A DNA stretch of 40,000 nucleotides from Escherichia coli (GTDB lineage: Bacteria > Pseudomonadota > Gammaproteobacteria > Enterobacterales > Enterobacteriaceae), in assembly GCF_018884285.1 (NCBI RefSeq), contig NZ_CP035817.1; one strand, given 5' to 3'. The notes below the pieces were generated by a model. The model was not told the DNA's origin. It ran no database searches and saw only the letters and a list, made by a program, of their open reading frames with translations. The translations under genes and the position numbers were made by a program. Within the stretch, counting starts at the first letter, position 1; every line of letters starts with the position of its first letter. This document shows, piece after piece, positions 10,428 through 19,557 of this stretch.

Positions 10428-11302
10428 TGCAATTTTCCCCCCGCCGCGGCGACGGCTTCGCTAATCACTTTTTTGGTCATCGTCTGGATGAGATGCAGAC
10501 GAAACTCTTTACTGGCCCGCCATGAAGAACGCGGGGCGACATCTTGCAGGACAGATTCGCTGATAGCTTCCAGCGTTTGCAGGTTTAATGGCGCATTTTG
10601 TGCAGTCTGTTCGGCATGTTGGCAGCGAATCGGCGTTGGCGCGGCAACACCAAATGCCAGGCGTAATTCGCTGAAATTGCCGTTATCCAGTCGGCAATGT
10701 GCGGCGCAGCCAATCGTTGAAATATCCATTGCGTCGCGCATGGCATATTTAAAATGCGCGCTGCCCGCGTGTTCTTTCGGCTGTGGCGGAAAATGAAAGG
10801 CGACGAGGATTTCGTCATGCTCAAGAGACACTTTGCCCGGCCCGGTGTGAAAGCCATTAATCGGGACGAAACGAACACCGCGCGGGGAGTGGATCTCCAG
10901 TTTCGCGTCATAAATTAGCGTTGGCGTGGCAGAATCTGCGCTGGTGGCACCGTTGCAAATATTTCCACCGTAGGTAGCGACGTTACGGATCTGCGGTCCA
11001 GCAATGGACGTGGCCGCAGCACATAACGCCGGGAGATGACGTTGAGTTATAGGATCTTCTATTAGCTGGGTAAATGTCGTTGCAGAGCCGATACGTAGCG
11101 AGCCATCTTCCGCCAGCGTAATTCCCCGCAGCTCCGCCAGATTATGAATATCAACAATATGGCGATAACGGTCATTGTGATGGTGGAGCTGAATCAGTAC
11201 GTCAGTGCCACCGGCGAGCAGTTTGGCCTGCGGGTTGTCAGCCAGCAGGTTGATGGCATCGGCAAGGGTTGCTGCGCGATGGTAAGAAGCAAAATCAAAC
11301 AT
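10424..11302 (-). CDS. xdhB: Xanthine dehydrogenase-type FAD-binding subunit
   Basis: 292 aa; [13 protein letters not shown] and [17 protein letters not shown] motifs; overlaps xdhC by 4 nt. Confidence 0.95.
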
Positions 11303-11312
11303 GATGTTATCC

Positions 11313-13571
11313 TCAAATCAATCCTGCCAGATGGAACTCTTCATATAACCGTTTTGGCGTCAGCGGCAGTGTATTGATTGCAACACCGGTAGCCATCTTC
11401 ACCGCGTTACGAATAGCAGCGGCAACAGGAATTATTGGTGGCTCACCCAGTGACTTATGTCCGTATGCGGATTGCGGCTCATTGATTTCGACGAACGCGC
11501 TTTCCAGTTGTGGCAGATCCGGCATGGTCGGCATTTTGTAATCCAGCAGATTGGGGTTACGGACCACGCCGCTTTTAGCATCGATGATCATCTCTTCAAA
11601 TAGCGCCCAGCCAATGCCCATTCCCATTCCGCCGTGTACCTGACCTTCTGCCAGCAGTGGATTAAGAATATGCCCTGAATCATGAACGTTGAGGATGCGG
11701 TTGATGATGACTTTGCACAGCGCAATATCGACCGTCAGATCAACAAAGGTACAGCCAAACGCCGGTGGGTTAGTGGTGGTTTTGATGGAGCTTTCAGCAG
11801 AGAGCTGCCCGCCGCGTTCAGGGTGGTAGAAAGCGTCCATCGCCAAATCTTTTAACGACATTAACGGCTCTTCCGGTCGTTCAACCAGCACGATATGGCC
11901 TTTTATCAGGGTCAGATTCATCGCTGACTGATGTAGCATGACTGCGGCGTGAGCGATGATTTTCTCTTTTAATAATAGTGCCGCACTGCGCAGCGCAGGC
12001 GCGGCAACATAGCTCTGGCGTGAGGCAAATGCGCCGGGATCGAACGGCGTAACGTCGGTATCTTGAGTTGAAATAACGCGAACGTCGCTGACCGGAACCC
12101 CCACGGTTTCTGCCACCATTTGCGAGAAGACGGTGTCGGCACCCTGACCGATTTCCGTCGCGCCGCTTTGCACGTTGATGGTTCCATCCTGATTCATCAG
12201 AAGGCGCGCGCCTGCTATTTCTACGCCGACAGGCCAGGTGTTAGAGGTGTAGCTAAAACAGGCGACGCCAACGCCGCGGCGCAAATTGCCTTGCTGGTTC
12301 TGGCATTCTGCACGGCGTTTTTCCCATTCAAAGATTTTCCGGCCTTTTTCAAGACACTCCGGCAACCCTGCGCTGTAAATACGTTTGCCCGTGAGCGGAT
12401 TAGCATCTCCTTCGCGGGCGGCGTTGCGTAAACGAATTTCAACAGGATCAATACCTAACGCTGTCGCGGCGTCATCAAGCATAGACTCAACGGCAAATAC
12501 GACTTGTGGCGCGCCATAACCACGCATCGCACCAGCCGAGGGGAGGTTGGTATAGCAGGTCTTTGAACTGTAAGCGTAGGCACAACGAGGATAAAGGTAA
12601 GCGACTTTATTCCCCCCCGCAGAAGCGATGGAGTGCCCGTGAGATGCATAAGCGCCGGTGTTAGACAGAACATCCAGACTATAACCTTTCAATGTTCCGT
12701 CGCGGTTCACGCCCATTTGCCCGTCAATGGTAAAAGCGTGGCGGGTACGGGTTGCGAGGAAACACTCTTCACGGCTAAGGGAAACTTTCACCGGAATGCC
12801 GCCAAGCTTGCTGGTCAGGAATGCCGCCATTGGCTCTTCCAGTACATCCTGTTTATTACCAAAACCGCCACCGACAAACGGTTTGATGACTCGTACGCAT
12901 GACCAGGGAATATCCAGCGCCTGACCAACCACGCGGCGAACAATGTGCGGGATCTGGGTGCTGGAAACGATGGTAATTCGCGAGTCATCCTCCATCCACG
13001 CCAGCGATGTTACGCTTTCCATGTGACAATGTTGAATAACGGGGGTCTGATAGTGCCCCTGTACCTGGTAGTCGGCGGCATCGATTGTTTGTTGGACATT
13101 ACCCGTCGACATCGTGCTTTGTTTCAGTAAATTGCCACCGTTATGGATTGGTGCAGCGTCTTCTGCCAGCGCCGCTTCTGGCGTGGTGATAACGGGTAAT
13201 TCTTGCCACTCAATGCTGACCAATTGCGCCGCTTTTTCTGCCGTGAGTTCATCGCGGGCCACGACGATGGCAACGGCGTCACCATGATGACGAACATGGC
13301 GAGTTAGCAGTGCGCGATCGGCGGTATCGCGCTTGTTTTCGTCAAGTGTCCAGGCATGCCCAGCAGTAGCAAATGGAATATCAGGCACATCTTCCCAGGT
13401 AAAAATCGCCAGTACGCCCGGCAAACTTCTGGCTTGTTCATCATTAATACTTACGGCATAACCATGTGCGATAGGGCTACGTACATATTTCGCATAACAC
13501 ATGCCCGCCATAACATAATCGTCAGTATATCGTGCCCGCCCGGTGACCTTAGCAATGGCATCGACGCGCAT
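11313..13571 (-). CDS. xdhA: Xanthine dehydrogenase-type molybdopterin-binding subunit
   Basis: Molybdopterin dehydrogenase protein; FVGGGFGNKQD, GAMRGYGAPQ motifs. Start chosen at MRVDAIAKVTGRARYTDDY (752 aa). Confidence 0.93.
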   Translation of the reverse strand: MRVDAIAKVTGRARYTDDYVMAGMCYAKYVRSPIAHGYAVSINDEQARSLPGVLAIFTWEDVPDIPFATAGHAWTLDENKRDTADRALLTRHVRHHGDAVAIVVARDELTAEKAAQLVSIEWQELPVITTPEAALAEDAAPIHNGGNLLKQSTMSTGNVQQTIDAADYQVQGHYQTPVIQHCHMESVTSLAWMEDDSRITIVSSTQIPHIVRRVVGQALDIPWSCVRVIKPFVGGGFGNKQDVLEEPMAAFLTSKLGGIPVKVSLSREECFLATRTRHAFTIDGQMGVNRDGTLKGYSLDVLSNTGAYASHGHSIASAGGNKVAYLYPRCAYAYSSKTCYTNLPSAGAMRGYGAPQVVFAVESMLDDAATALGIDPVEIRLRNAAREGDANPLTGKRIYSAGLPECLEKGRKIFEWEKRRAECQNQQGNLRRGVGVACFSYTSNTWPVGVEIAGARLLMNQDGTINVQSGATEIGQGADTVFSQMVAETVGVPVSDVRVISTQDTDVTPFDPGAFASRQSYVAAPALRSAALLLKEKIIAHAAVMLHQSAMNLTLIKGHIVLVERPEEPLMSLKDLAMDAFYHPERGGQLSAESSIKTTTNPPAFGCTFVDLTVDIALCKVIINRILNVHDSGHILNPLLAEGQVHGGMGMGIGWALFEEMIIDAKSGVVRNPNLLDYKMPTMPDLPQLESAFVEINEPQSAYGHKSLGEPPIIPVAAAIRNAVKMATGVAINTLPLTPKRLYEEFHLAGLI

Positions 13572-13665
13572 GCATGATTCACCCGTAGCGGTTGCTTCCC
13601 GCGCTTCCATAGAAATCCCCTCGATTTGAACATTTGGTTCTTATGGCAAAGATTTAGTCTAAGCA

Positions 13666-13681
13666 GGCAAGATTTACGCCA
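13666..13681 (-). promoter_or_regulatory. Putative sigma54 -24/-12 promoter for xdhABC
   Basis: Minus strand reads TGGCGT-AAATC-TTGCC, with the invariant GG and GC at correct spacing, about 95 nt upstream of the 752-aa xdhA start. Confidence 0.55.
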
Positions 13682-14024
13682 GAAACGACGATAAGCGTTA
13701 GGGGAGGTAGGAAGTGTGATGACGTTAAAAAAACACAGATATGATACGAAACAGGACTCTGAATAGGGGCAGTGATACGTATCAATATGAGTGGCGATAA
13801 AATCAATGTGATAAATTGGGATTATTACGCATCAGGATGGGAAATAGGGTAAAAAGTCAGGAAGTTCGATACCTCTACAGCGAATATTTTGCTGATGATA
13901 CTTCCCTTTGCCAAATGAAATTAACCTCTTTCTCTATTACCACGTTTTTCCAGAAGCAAGAGATTGGGTATCAAGAGGCTGGCTGCTATGATAAGGCGTC
14001 TTGTTTTTTAAGCGAGGAAAGATT

Positions 14025-14780
14025 TTGAGTGCGGGACGCCTGAATAAAAAATCTCTGGGTATCGTGATGTTGTTATCGGTTGGACTGCTTTTGGCGGGCT
14101 GTTCGGGTAGCAAATCATCCGATACAGGAACGTATTCCGGCTCCGTTTACACCGTGAAACGGGGGGATACGCTATATCGTATTTCGCGCACCACGGGAAC
14201 CAGCGTAAAAGAACTGGCGCGACTGAACGGCATTTCCCCCCCTTACACCATTGAAGTTGGTCAGAAACTAAAACTAGGTGGGGCGAAAAGTAGCAGTAGT
14301 ACACGTAAATCAACCGCCAAATCAACGACCAAAACCGCATCGGTTACACCGTCATCAGCGGTACCGAAATCTTCCTGGCCGCCAGTAGGGCAACGTTGTT
14401 GGTTATGGCCAACGACAGGGAAAGTTATCATGCCGTATTCGACAGCAGATGGCGGCAATAAAGGGATTGATATCTCAGCTCCACGGGGTACACCTATTTA
14501 CGCCGCGGGTGCAGGAAAGGTGGTGTATGTGGGCAACCAGCTGCGTGGCTACGGTAATCTCATCATGATTAAACACAGTGAAGATTACATTACGGCTTAC
14601 GCCCATAATGACACGATGCTGGTAAATAATGGGCAAAGCGTGAAGGCTGGGCAAAAAATCGCCACTATGGGGAGCACGGATGCGGCATCTGTTCGCCTGC
14701 ATTTCCAGATTCGTTACCGTGCAACGGCAATTGATCCGCTACGTTACTTGCCGCCGCAGGGCAGCAAGCCAAAATGCTGA
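14025..14780 (+). CDS. ygeR: Lipoprotein with LysM and M23/LytM (EnvC/NlpD-like) domains, YgeR (ActS)
   Basis: LLLAGCSG lipobox; VYTVKRGDTLYRISRTTGTSVKELARLNG LysM; GKGIDISAPRGTPIYAAGAGKVVYVG M23-type domain. A TTG start at 14025 gives 251 aa. Confidence 0.9.
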   Translation: MSAGRLNKKSLGIVMLLSVGLLLAGCSGSKSSDTGTYSGSVYTVKRGDTLYRISRTTGTSVKELARLNGISPPYTIEVGQKLKLGGAKSSSSTRKSTAKSTTKTASVTPSSAVPKSSWPPVGQRCWLWPTTGKVIMPYSTADGGNKGIDISAPRGTPIYAAGAGKVVYVGNQLRGYGNLIMIKHSEDYITAYAHNDTMLVNNGQSVKAGQKIATMGSTDAASVRLHFQIRYRATAIDPLRYLPPQGSKPKC

Positions 14781-14858
14781 TGGCGAATTAATCAGCAGTC
14801 AGCAGCGCGGCACTTGCTAAGGAGAGCGTAAGGTTTATAATGCCTTACGCATCTCGAA

Positions 14859-14932
14859 GCGGGCGTAGTTCAATGGTAGAACGAGAGCTTCCCAAGCTCT
14901 ATACGAGGGTTCGATTCCCTTCGCCCGCTCCA
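14859..14932 (+). tRNA. glyU: tRNA-Gly (anticodon CCC)
   Basis: gcgggcgtagttcaatggtagaacgagagcttcccaagctctatacgagggttcgattcccttcgcccgctcca: 7-bp acceptor stem, CCC anticodon flanked by GAGAG/CTCT-type arms, T-loop ttcgattc, encoded CCA. Confidence 0.96.
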
Positions 14933-15165
14933 ATTTATCTTCACCTGATCAATCTGCCATTTTTGCTGTATCTGATTTTCTATATTATCTTAATTCAATC
15001 GCTTCAGACTTTTCGCAATCGCCGTAATACTTCCCCATTTTGTTGTAAATAAAAAGCGTTTACGCAATGCAATCCTTTTGTAACAACCCAGGTAAAACAC
15101 CTTATTTTCAAGTTGTTAAATAAGTGGTTATCTACGCTTTTAACAAACGATTGATGGAATATTTT

Positions 15166-16776
15166 ATGAAAGGGAAATCTGCATTAACTCTTCTGCTCGC
15201 TGGTATATTTTCGTGCGGCACATGCCAGGCGACAGGGGCAGAAGTGACGAGTGAATCTGTATTTAACATTCTTAATTCCACGGGGGCAGCAACAGATAAA
15301 AGTTATTTATCGTTAAATCCAGATAAGTATCCTAATTATCGTCTTTTGATTCACTCAGCCAAATTACAAAATGAAATAAAGAGCCACTATACCAAAGACG
15401 AAATTCAAGGATTGCTAACATTAACAGAAAACACACGAAAGTTAACGTTGACGGAGAAACCCTGGGGAACGTTTATTCTTGCTTCTACTTTCGAAGATGA
15501 CAAAACAGCGGCAGAAACCCACTATGATGCTGTCTGGCTGAGGGATAGTTTATGGGGCTATATGGCATTAGTATCAGATCAGGGAAATAGTGTAGCCGCA
15601 AAAAAGGTTCTGCTCACCCTGTGGGATTATATGTCTACGCCCGACCAGATTAAGCGGATGCAGGACGTCATTAGCAACCCCAAACGACTGGATGGAGTTC
15701 CCGGGCAAATGAATGTTGTGCATATCCGATTTGACAGCAACTCCCCCGTGATGGCAGATGTGCAGGAAGAAGGCAAGCCGCAGCTGTGGAACCATAAACA
15801 AAATGATGCGTTAGGTCTTTATCTTGATCTCCTTATACAAGCAATCGACACTGATACAATTAACGCTGAAGATTGGCAAAAAGGTGACCGATTAAAATCG
15901 GTTGCGCTGCTGATTGCTTATCTGGATAAAGCCAATTTCTATGTTATGGAAGATTCCGGAGCATGGGAAGAAGATGCCCGATTAAACACATCTTCCGTTG
16001 CACTGGTGACCTCTGGACTGGAACGTTTGTCGAACTTACTCTCGAAGAAAGACTCTGTTTTTGTCTCTGATTTACTACGCGAAGCTAAAGCCAATGAACT
16101 GGATGAACCTCTTTCAACAACGAGGTTGAACCACCTCATAGATAAAGGTTATGAAAGAATAACGTTACAGCTTGATTTAGGGGGAGAATCCCCAGGTTAT
16201 CTGGAAAAAGATAAACATTACAGAGAAGCCGATGCGGCTTTACTTAATGTTATTTATCCTGCAAATCTTGCAAAGATAAACACCAGAAGAAAAGAGCAGG
16301 TTCTAAAAATAGTTAAAAAACTAGCAGGTCCGTATGGTATAAAAAGATACGAGAAGGATAATTATCAGTCGGCAAATTTTTGGTTCAATGATATTAAAAC
16401 CGATACCGATCAAAATTCACATGCGAAAAGAGAAAAGAGCTTCATTCCATCAACAGAAGCAGAATGGTTTTTTGACTCATGGTATGCAAAATCAGCAGCA
16501 ATTGTTTATAAAGAATCAAGAAAGGAAGAGTATTTGAATGACTCAGTGCAATTTATGAATAGATCATTGGCCCAAATAACAGGCGAGAATATGATTGGTG
16601 CAAATGGCAGGAGTGTACCTGAAATGGCACTTCCCGAAAGCTATAACTATATCCACAAGTCGGGAACTTTGCATGAAGCGCCAAGCCCTATCATTCCGCT
16701 AAATTGGTCGAAAGCTTCAATGACTCTCATGTTGAAAGAGATGTCCAACCTTATCAATGATGAGGGAATTAAATAG
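15166..16776 (+). CDS. ygeQ: Predicted exported six-hairpin glycosidase-like protein (GH15/phosphorylase-kinase-like pattern), ETT2-associated
   Basis: Signal peptide MKGKSALTLLLAGIFSCGTCQA; YDAVWLRDSLWGYMALVSDQG, GPYGIKRYEKDNY, AEWFFDSWYAKSA motifs. Gene name inferred from position between glyU and the T3SS genes. Confidence 0.6.
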   Translation: MKGKSALTLLLAGIFSCGTCQATGAEVTSESVFNILNSTGAATDKSYLSLNPDKYPNYRLLIHSAKLQNEIKSHYTKDEIQGLLTLTENTRKLTLTEKPWGTFILASTFEDDKTAAETHYDAVWLRDSLWGYMALVSDQGNSVAAKKVLLTLWDYMSTPDQIKRMQDVISNPKRLDGVPGQMNVVHIRFDSNSPVMADVQEEGKPQLWNHKQNDALGLYLDLLIQAIDTDTINAEDWQKGDRLKSVALLIAYLDKANFYVMEDSGAWEEDARLNTSSVALVTSGLERLSNLLSKKDSVFVSDLLREAKANELDEPLSTTRLNHLIDKGYERITLQLDLGGESPGYLEKDKHYREADAALLNVIYPANLAKINTRRKEQVLKIVKKLAGPYGIKRYEKDNYQSANFWFNDIKTDTDQNSHAKREKSFIPSTEAEWFFDSWYAKSAAIVYKESRKEEYLNDSVQFMNRSLAQITGENMIGANGRSVPEMALPESYNYIHKSGTLHEAPSPIIPLNWSKASMTLMLKEMSNLINDEGIK

Positions 16777-16793
16777 TTTTCATAATGAGTTAC

Positions 16794-16910
16794 AGCACAA
16801 CGTTGGGTATTGACTGAGCAAGATGAACGACAAGGACAACGACATCAGCCTTATGAGGAGCAAGAAAATGAAAGCAAATTCGAAAACGATCAGAAGGATG
16901 AAAGTTAATG
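16794..16910 (+). pseudogene. Possible C-terminal remnant of an eivJ/spaN(invJ)-like gene
   Basis: In the frame ending at the stop overlapping the epaO ATG: VTAQRWVLTEQDERQGQRHQPYEEQENESKFENDQKDES*. It is closed upstream by a TGA and lies where eivJ is expected. Confidence 0.4.
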
Positions 16911-17855
16911 TTCGGTCTGAGGAAAGTAAATCGAAACACTCATACGTTTGAAACCACTTTTCAAAATTGGAAAGAAAATGGCGAAGATGTTGCATTATTA
17001 ATGCCCGAATTTAGTGCTAAATGGTTACCGATAGCAGAAGAGAGTGGCAGCTGGTCTGGATGGGTATTGCTTGGAGAAATATTTCCCTTAATTTCATCTG
17101 AGCTCGCTGGGATGGCTTTAATGCCAGAAACGGAAAGGTTAATAGGGGAATGGCTCAGTTTATCCAGTTCCCCGTTAAATCTAAAGCATCCTGAACTAAA
17201 ATATAATCGTTTGCACGTAGGTAAAGTATTTGATGGAGTATTGAGCCCTGCTCAACCACTAATAAGAATATGAACAGGGGAATTGAATCTTTGGTTAGAT
17301 AAAGTCACAGTCTGCCAATACGGAAACGCTCCAGTGTTAGACAAAAAATCATTATATTGGTCCATTCATTTTGTAATTGGATTTAGTAAAACATGTTACA
17401 GAAGTCTTGTTGATATTGAAGTTGGTGATGTTTTATTAATCTCAAATAATTTGGCTTATGCGGTTATTTATAATACAAAAATTTGTGATTTAATTTATCC
17501 AGAGGAGTTAAAAATGGCTGATCATTTTGAGTACGAGGAAGATTTTGAAACAGATGATTTTGATATCAAAAAAAACGAGAGTGAGATTTATGATGAAAAT
17601 GACGAACAGATGAATAATAGTTTTGAAGAGTTGCCTGTAAAAATTGAGTTTGTTCTTGGTAAGAAAATAATGAATCTATATGAAATAGACGATCTCTGTG
17701 CAAAAAGAATAATATCTCTGCTTCCTGAATCTGAGAAAAATATAGAGATACGTGTAAATGGTGCGCTAACTGGCTATGGCGAACTTGTTGAAGTGGATGA
17801 TAAATTGGGCGTAGAAATTCATTCTTGGTTATCAGGGAATAATAATGTCAAATAG
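16908..17855 (+). pseudogene. epaO: EpaO, SctQ/SpaO-family C-ring protein interrupted by an in-frame TGA at 17271-17273
   Basis: ORF-track fragments 16908-17273 and 17283-17855 are in the same frame. The C-terminal part LPVKIEFVLGKKIMNL...RVNGALTGYGELVEVDDKLGVEIHSWLS resembles SpaO. Confidence 0.85.
17501..17516 (+). promoter_or_regulatory. Internal ribosome-binding site and ATG inside epaO (candidate SctQ-C start)
   Basis: AGAGGAG TTAAAA ATG with the ATG at 17514, in frame with the epaO C-terminal domain. Confidence 0.6.
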
Positions 17856-18510
17856 CATTTCGCTGATAGCGATATTATCATTATTTACACTATTGCCGTT
17901 TATAATAGCATCCGGGACATGTTTTATTAAATTCTCGATTGTTTTTGTTATTGTCCGAAACGCGCTGGGACTTCAGCAAGTGCCATCAAATATGACACTT
18001 AATGGGGTTGCTTTGCTATTGTCAATGTTCGTAATGATGCCGGTTGGGAAGGAAATATATAATAACAGTCAGAATGAGAATCTTTCATTCAATAATGTAG
18101 CATCGGTTGTTAATTTTGTTGAGACAGGCATGAGTGGTTATAAATCATATTTGATAAAATATTCTGAACCTGAGTTGGTTAGCTTTTTTGAAAAGATTTA
18201 GAAGGTGAATAGTTCTGAAGACAATGAAGAGATAATCGATGATGATAATATTTCAATTTTCTCGTTACTGCCCGCATATGCATTGAGTGAGATAAAAAGT
18301 GCATTTATTATAGGTTTTTATATCTATTTACCCTTTGTCGTAGTGGATCTGGTTATATCCAGCGTTCTGTTAACGTTAGGTATGATGATGATGAGTCCGG
18401 TAACCATATCTACACCGATAAAATTAATTTTGTTTGTCGCGATGGACGGTTGGACAATGTTATCAAAAGGGCTCATTTTACAATATTTTGACCTATCCAT
18501 TAATCCCTGA
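17845..18510 (+). pseudogene. epaP: EpaP, SctR/SpaP export-gate protein interrupted by an in-frame TAG at 18199-18201
   Basis: N-half (SGTCFIKFSIVFVIVRNALGLQQVPSNMTLNG) and C-half (FSLLPAYALSEIKSAFIIGFYIYLPFVVVDLVISSVLLTLGMMMMSP) lie in the same frame, separated only by TAG AAG. Confidence 0.9.
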
Positions 18511-18519
18511 GGAAAAAAT

Positions 18520-18780
18520 ATGGACGATATTGTTTTTGCGGGGAATAGGGCGCTGTATCTGATTTTAGTTATGTCTGCAGGACCTATTGCAGTTGCGACA
18601 TTTGTTGGTTTATTGGTAGGGCTTTTTCAAACGGTAACGCAGTTGCAAGAACAGACGTTGCCATTTGGCGTGAAATTATTGTGCGTAAGTATTTGCTTTT
18701 TTTTAATGAGCGGGTGGTATGGTGAAAAATTATATTCATTTGGTATCGAAATGCTGAATTTAGCATTCGCGAGAGGATAG
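18520..18780 (+). CDS. epaQ: EpaQ, SctS/SpaQ-family T3SS export apparatus protein
   Basis: 86 aa, two TM segments; [28 protein letters not shown] motif. Confidence 0.92.
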   Translation: MDDIVFAGNRALYLILVMSAGPIAVATFVGLLVGLFQTVTQLQEQTLPFGVKLLCVSICFFLMSGWYGEKLYSFGIEMLNLAFARG

Positions 18781-18781
18781 C

Positions 18782-19549
18782 ATGGGGGAGGCGATACTCT
18801 ATCAGTTGCATAGTCTGCTGGCTGCTACAGCGCTCGGTTTTTGCCGATTGGCACCAACTTTCTATTTGTTACCATTTTTCGCCAGTGGGAATATACCAAC
18901 AGTAGTTCGTCACCCAATAATAATAGTGGTATCATGTGCATTAGTTCAGCATTACCACTATGAATTATTGAACTTAAATGAAATCGATATTGCTTTGTTC
19001 GCTGCCAGAGAAATTATCATAGAGCTGTTTATTGCATGCTTATTAGCATCCCCGTTTTGGATGTTCCTTGCTATAGGTAGCTTTATCGATAACCAACGCG
19101 GTGCAACATTAAGTAGTACTTTGGATCCGGCTACAGGTGTCGATACCTCGGAATTAGCAAGATTATTTAACCTTTTCTCTGCTGCGGTTTATCTTACTAA
19201 AGGTGGAATGAACTTTATTCTGGAAACTCTTTGGCAAAGTTATAATTTATGGCCTTCAGGCAATTTTAATTTTCCTAAATTAGAGCCTTTATTCTCATAT
19301 ATTAATAACATAATGACTCATACTATCGTTTACGCAAGCCCCGTGATTGCCGTTATGCTGGGCGGTGAGGCTGTCCTGGGATTGCTGGCATGTTATGCTT
19401 CACAACTAAATGCTTTTGCCATTTCACTGACTGTCAAAAGTGCGCTGGCATTTTTAATATTAATTATTTATTTTGCCCCAATACTGGCTGAACGAGTAAT
19501 GCCGTTATCCTTTTTCCCAGAACAATTGCAACTATACATTGAGAAATAG
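18782..19549 (+). CDS. epaR: EpaR, SctT/SpaR-family T3SS export apparatus protein
   Basis: 255 aa uninterrupted membrane protein; DNQRGATLSSTLDPATGVDTSELA and NAFAISLTVKSALAFLIL. Confidence 0.9.
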   Translation: MGEAILYQLHSLLAATALGFCRLAPTFYLLPFFASGNIPTVVRHPIIIVVSCALVQHYHYELLNLNEIDIALFAAREIIIELFIACLLASPFWMFLAIGSFIDNQRGATLSSTLDPATGVDTSELARLFNLFSAAVYLTKGGMNFILETLWQSYNLWPSGNFNFPKLEPLFSYINNIMTHTIVYASPVIAVMLGGEAVLGLLACYASQLNAFAISLTVKSALAFLILIIYFAPILAERVMPLSFFPEQLQLYIEK

Positions 19550-19557
19550 AGTGTTTC

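Noticed and set aside
13816-14028. 70-aa plus-strand ORF upstream of ygeR
   Set aside because: No recognisable motif and composition typical of non-coding sequence; it overlaps the regulatory region and the ygeR start.
14859-14932. Possible att-site duplication of the tRNA-Gly 3' end marking a mobile integrative element
   Set aside because: I looked for a second copy of ttcgattcccttcgcccgctcca near the yqeH/yqeG border and saw none; no integrase gene is present.
18584-18811. Minus-strand ORF over epaQ and the start of epaR
   Set aside because: Antisense to well-conserved export apparatus genes.
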